From: Trichosphaerium sp. ATCC 40318
Lineage: Eukaryota; Protista; Tubulinea
Length of the DNA: 64,000 nt
Reading direction: 5' to 3'
Assembly (NCBI GenBank): GCA_038496445.1
Contig: JALMLS010000579.1
Coordinates: 372,001-436,000, forward strand
How positions within the stretch are numbered: position 1 is the first letter of the stretch; the number at the start of each line of letters is the position of its first letter. The notes beneath the pieces are model-generated. The model ran no database searches. It had not been told where the DNA came from and was given only the letters and a program-made list of their open reading frames with translations. The position numbers and the translations under genes were made by a program. Shown piece after piece: positions 63,595 through 64,000 of the stretch.

Positions 63595-64000
63595 GACGAG
63601 ATGTGATGTTGATAGTTTTTGAGTTTTATGCATTCCTTCCACTTTTTTTGTATCACATGTGGTACTACCGTATAGCAGGTAACCTATGTAGCAAATAAGG
63701 AATATTGTTCAAATATTGCGAAGGGTATTTTGGGACTTGGCACATTAGCTTGGATTTGTTTGAGGAGTTTAATCTTTGAACAAAAGTTAACCGGAATTGT
63801 TGGTAAAATCCGCAGCAAATGTTTCGATATTATTCGTTCATAATGTCTATCTAAACTTCAAAGATAGTTATTATTGTAATACCTACTTGCTTTTCTTAGT
63901 GTTCTTATCTGTAACACACTCATTTTGCCTTATTGCCAACCTAAGAACCTACACTTCACCGAAATGTGAATATTGGAGTTTGCCAGAACTATTCTGTTTG

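Noticed and set aside
1-64000. Alternative genetic code or prokaryotic origin suggested by fragmented ORFs
   Set aside because: The fragments join through spliceosomal introns, and intronless genes end in TAA, TAG and TGA normally.
1-64000. tRNA, rRNA or snRNA genes
   Set aside because: No cloverleaf or rRNA signature was seen by eye; tRNAscan-SE and Infernal would be needed to exclude them.

Overview
AT-rich eukaryotic nuclear DNA in the standard genetic code. It is gene-dense, with many short spliceosomal introns (mostly about 45-60 nt, usual donors GTACGT/GTATGT/GTAAGT). Gene content suggests an amoebozoan-like protist (inference). Intron-dense genes include a double RasGEF+SAM protein, CMC1, an HMG-box protein, GHITM/BI-1, PDK1, a HAT-repeat/DGCR6-like protein, a divergent Rab, a class IV sirtuin, a broken Rho and a 7TM protein. 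They surround an accessory block (about 18-40.5 kb) of intron-poor F-box proteins (Ig-like, MORN and LRR sensors), their decayed relics, duplicated CBM6-metalloproteases, a deaminase, a DUF4419 protein and a recently inserted LINE with a 17-bp TSD and poly(A). Highlights: (1) the LINE is one reading frame broken only by a TAA and a TGA-C (hydrophobic ORF1, endonuclease, RT); (2) the palindrome ATCACGTGAT/CACGTG is strongly over-represented; (3) U12-type (minor spliceosome) introns, frequent GC-AG donors and a 28-nt intron; (4) a beta-thymosin/WH2-sirtuin fusion; (5) F-box paralogues with hypervariable Ig-like loops. All exon structures and domain calls were made by eye and need RNA-seq and HMM confirmation.
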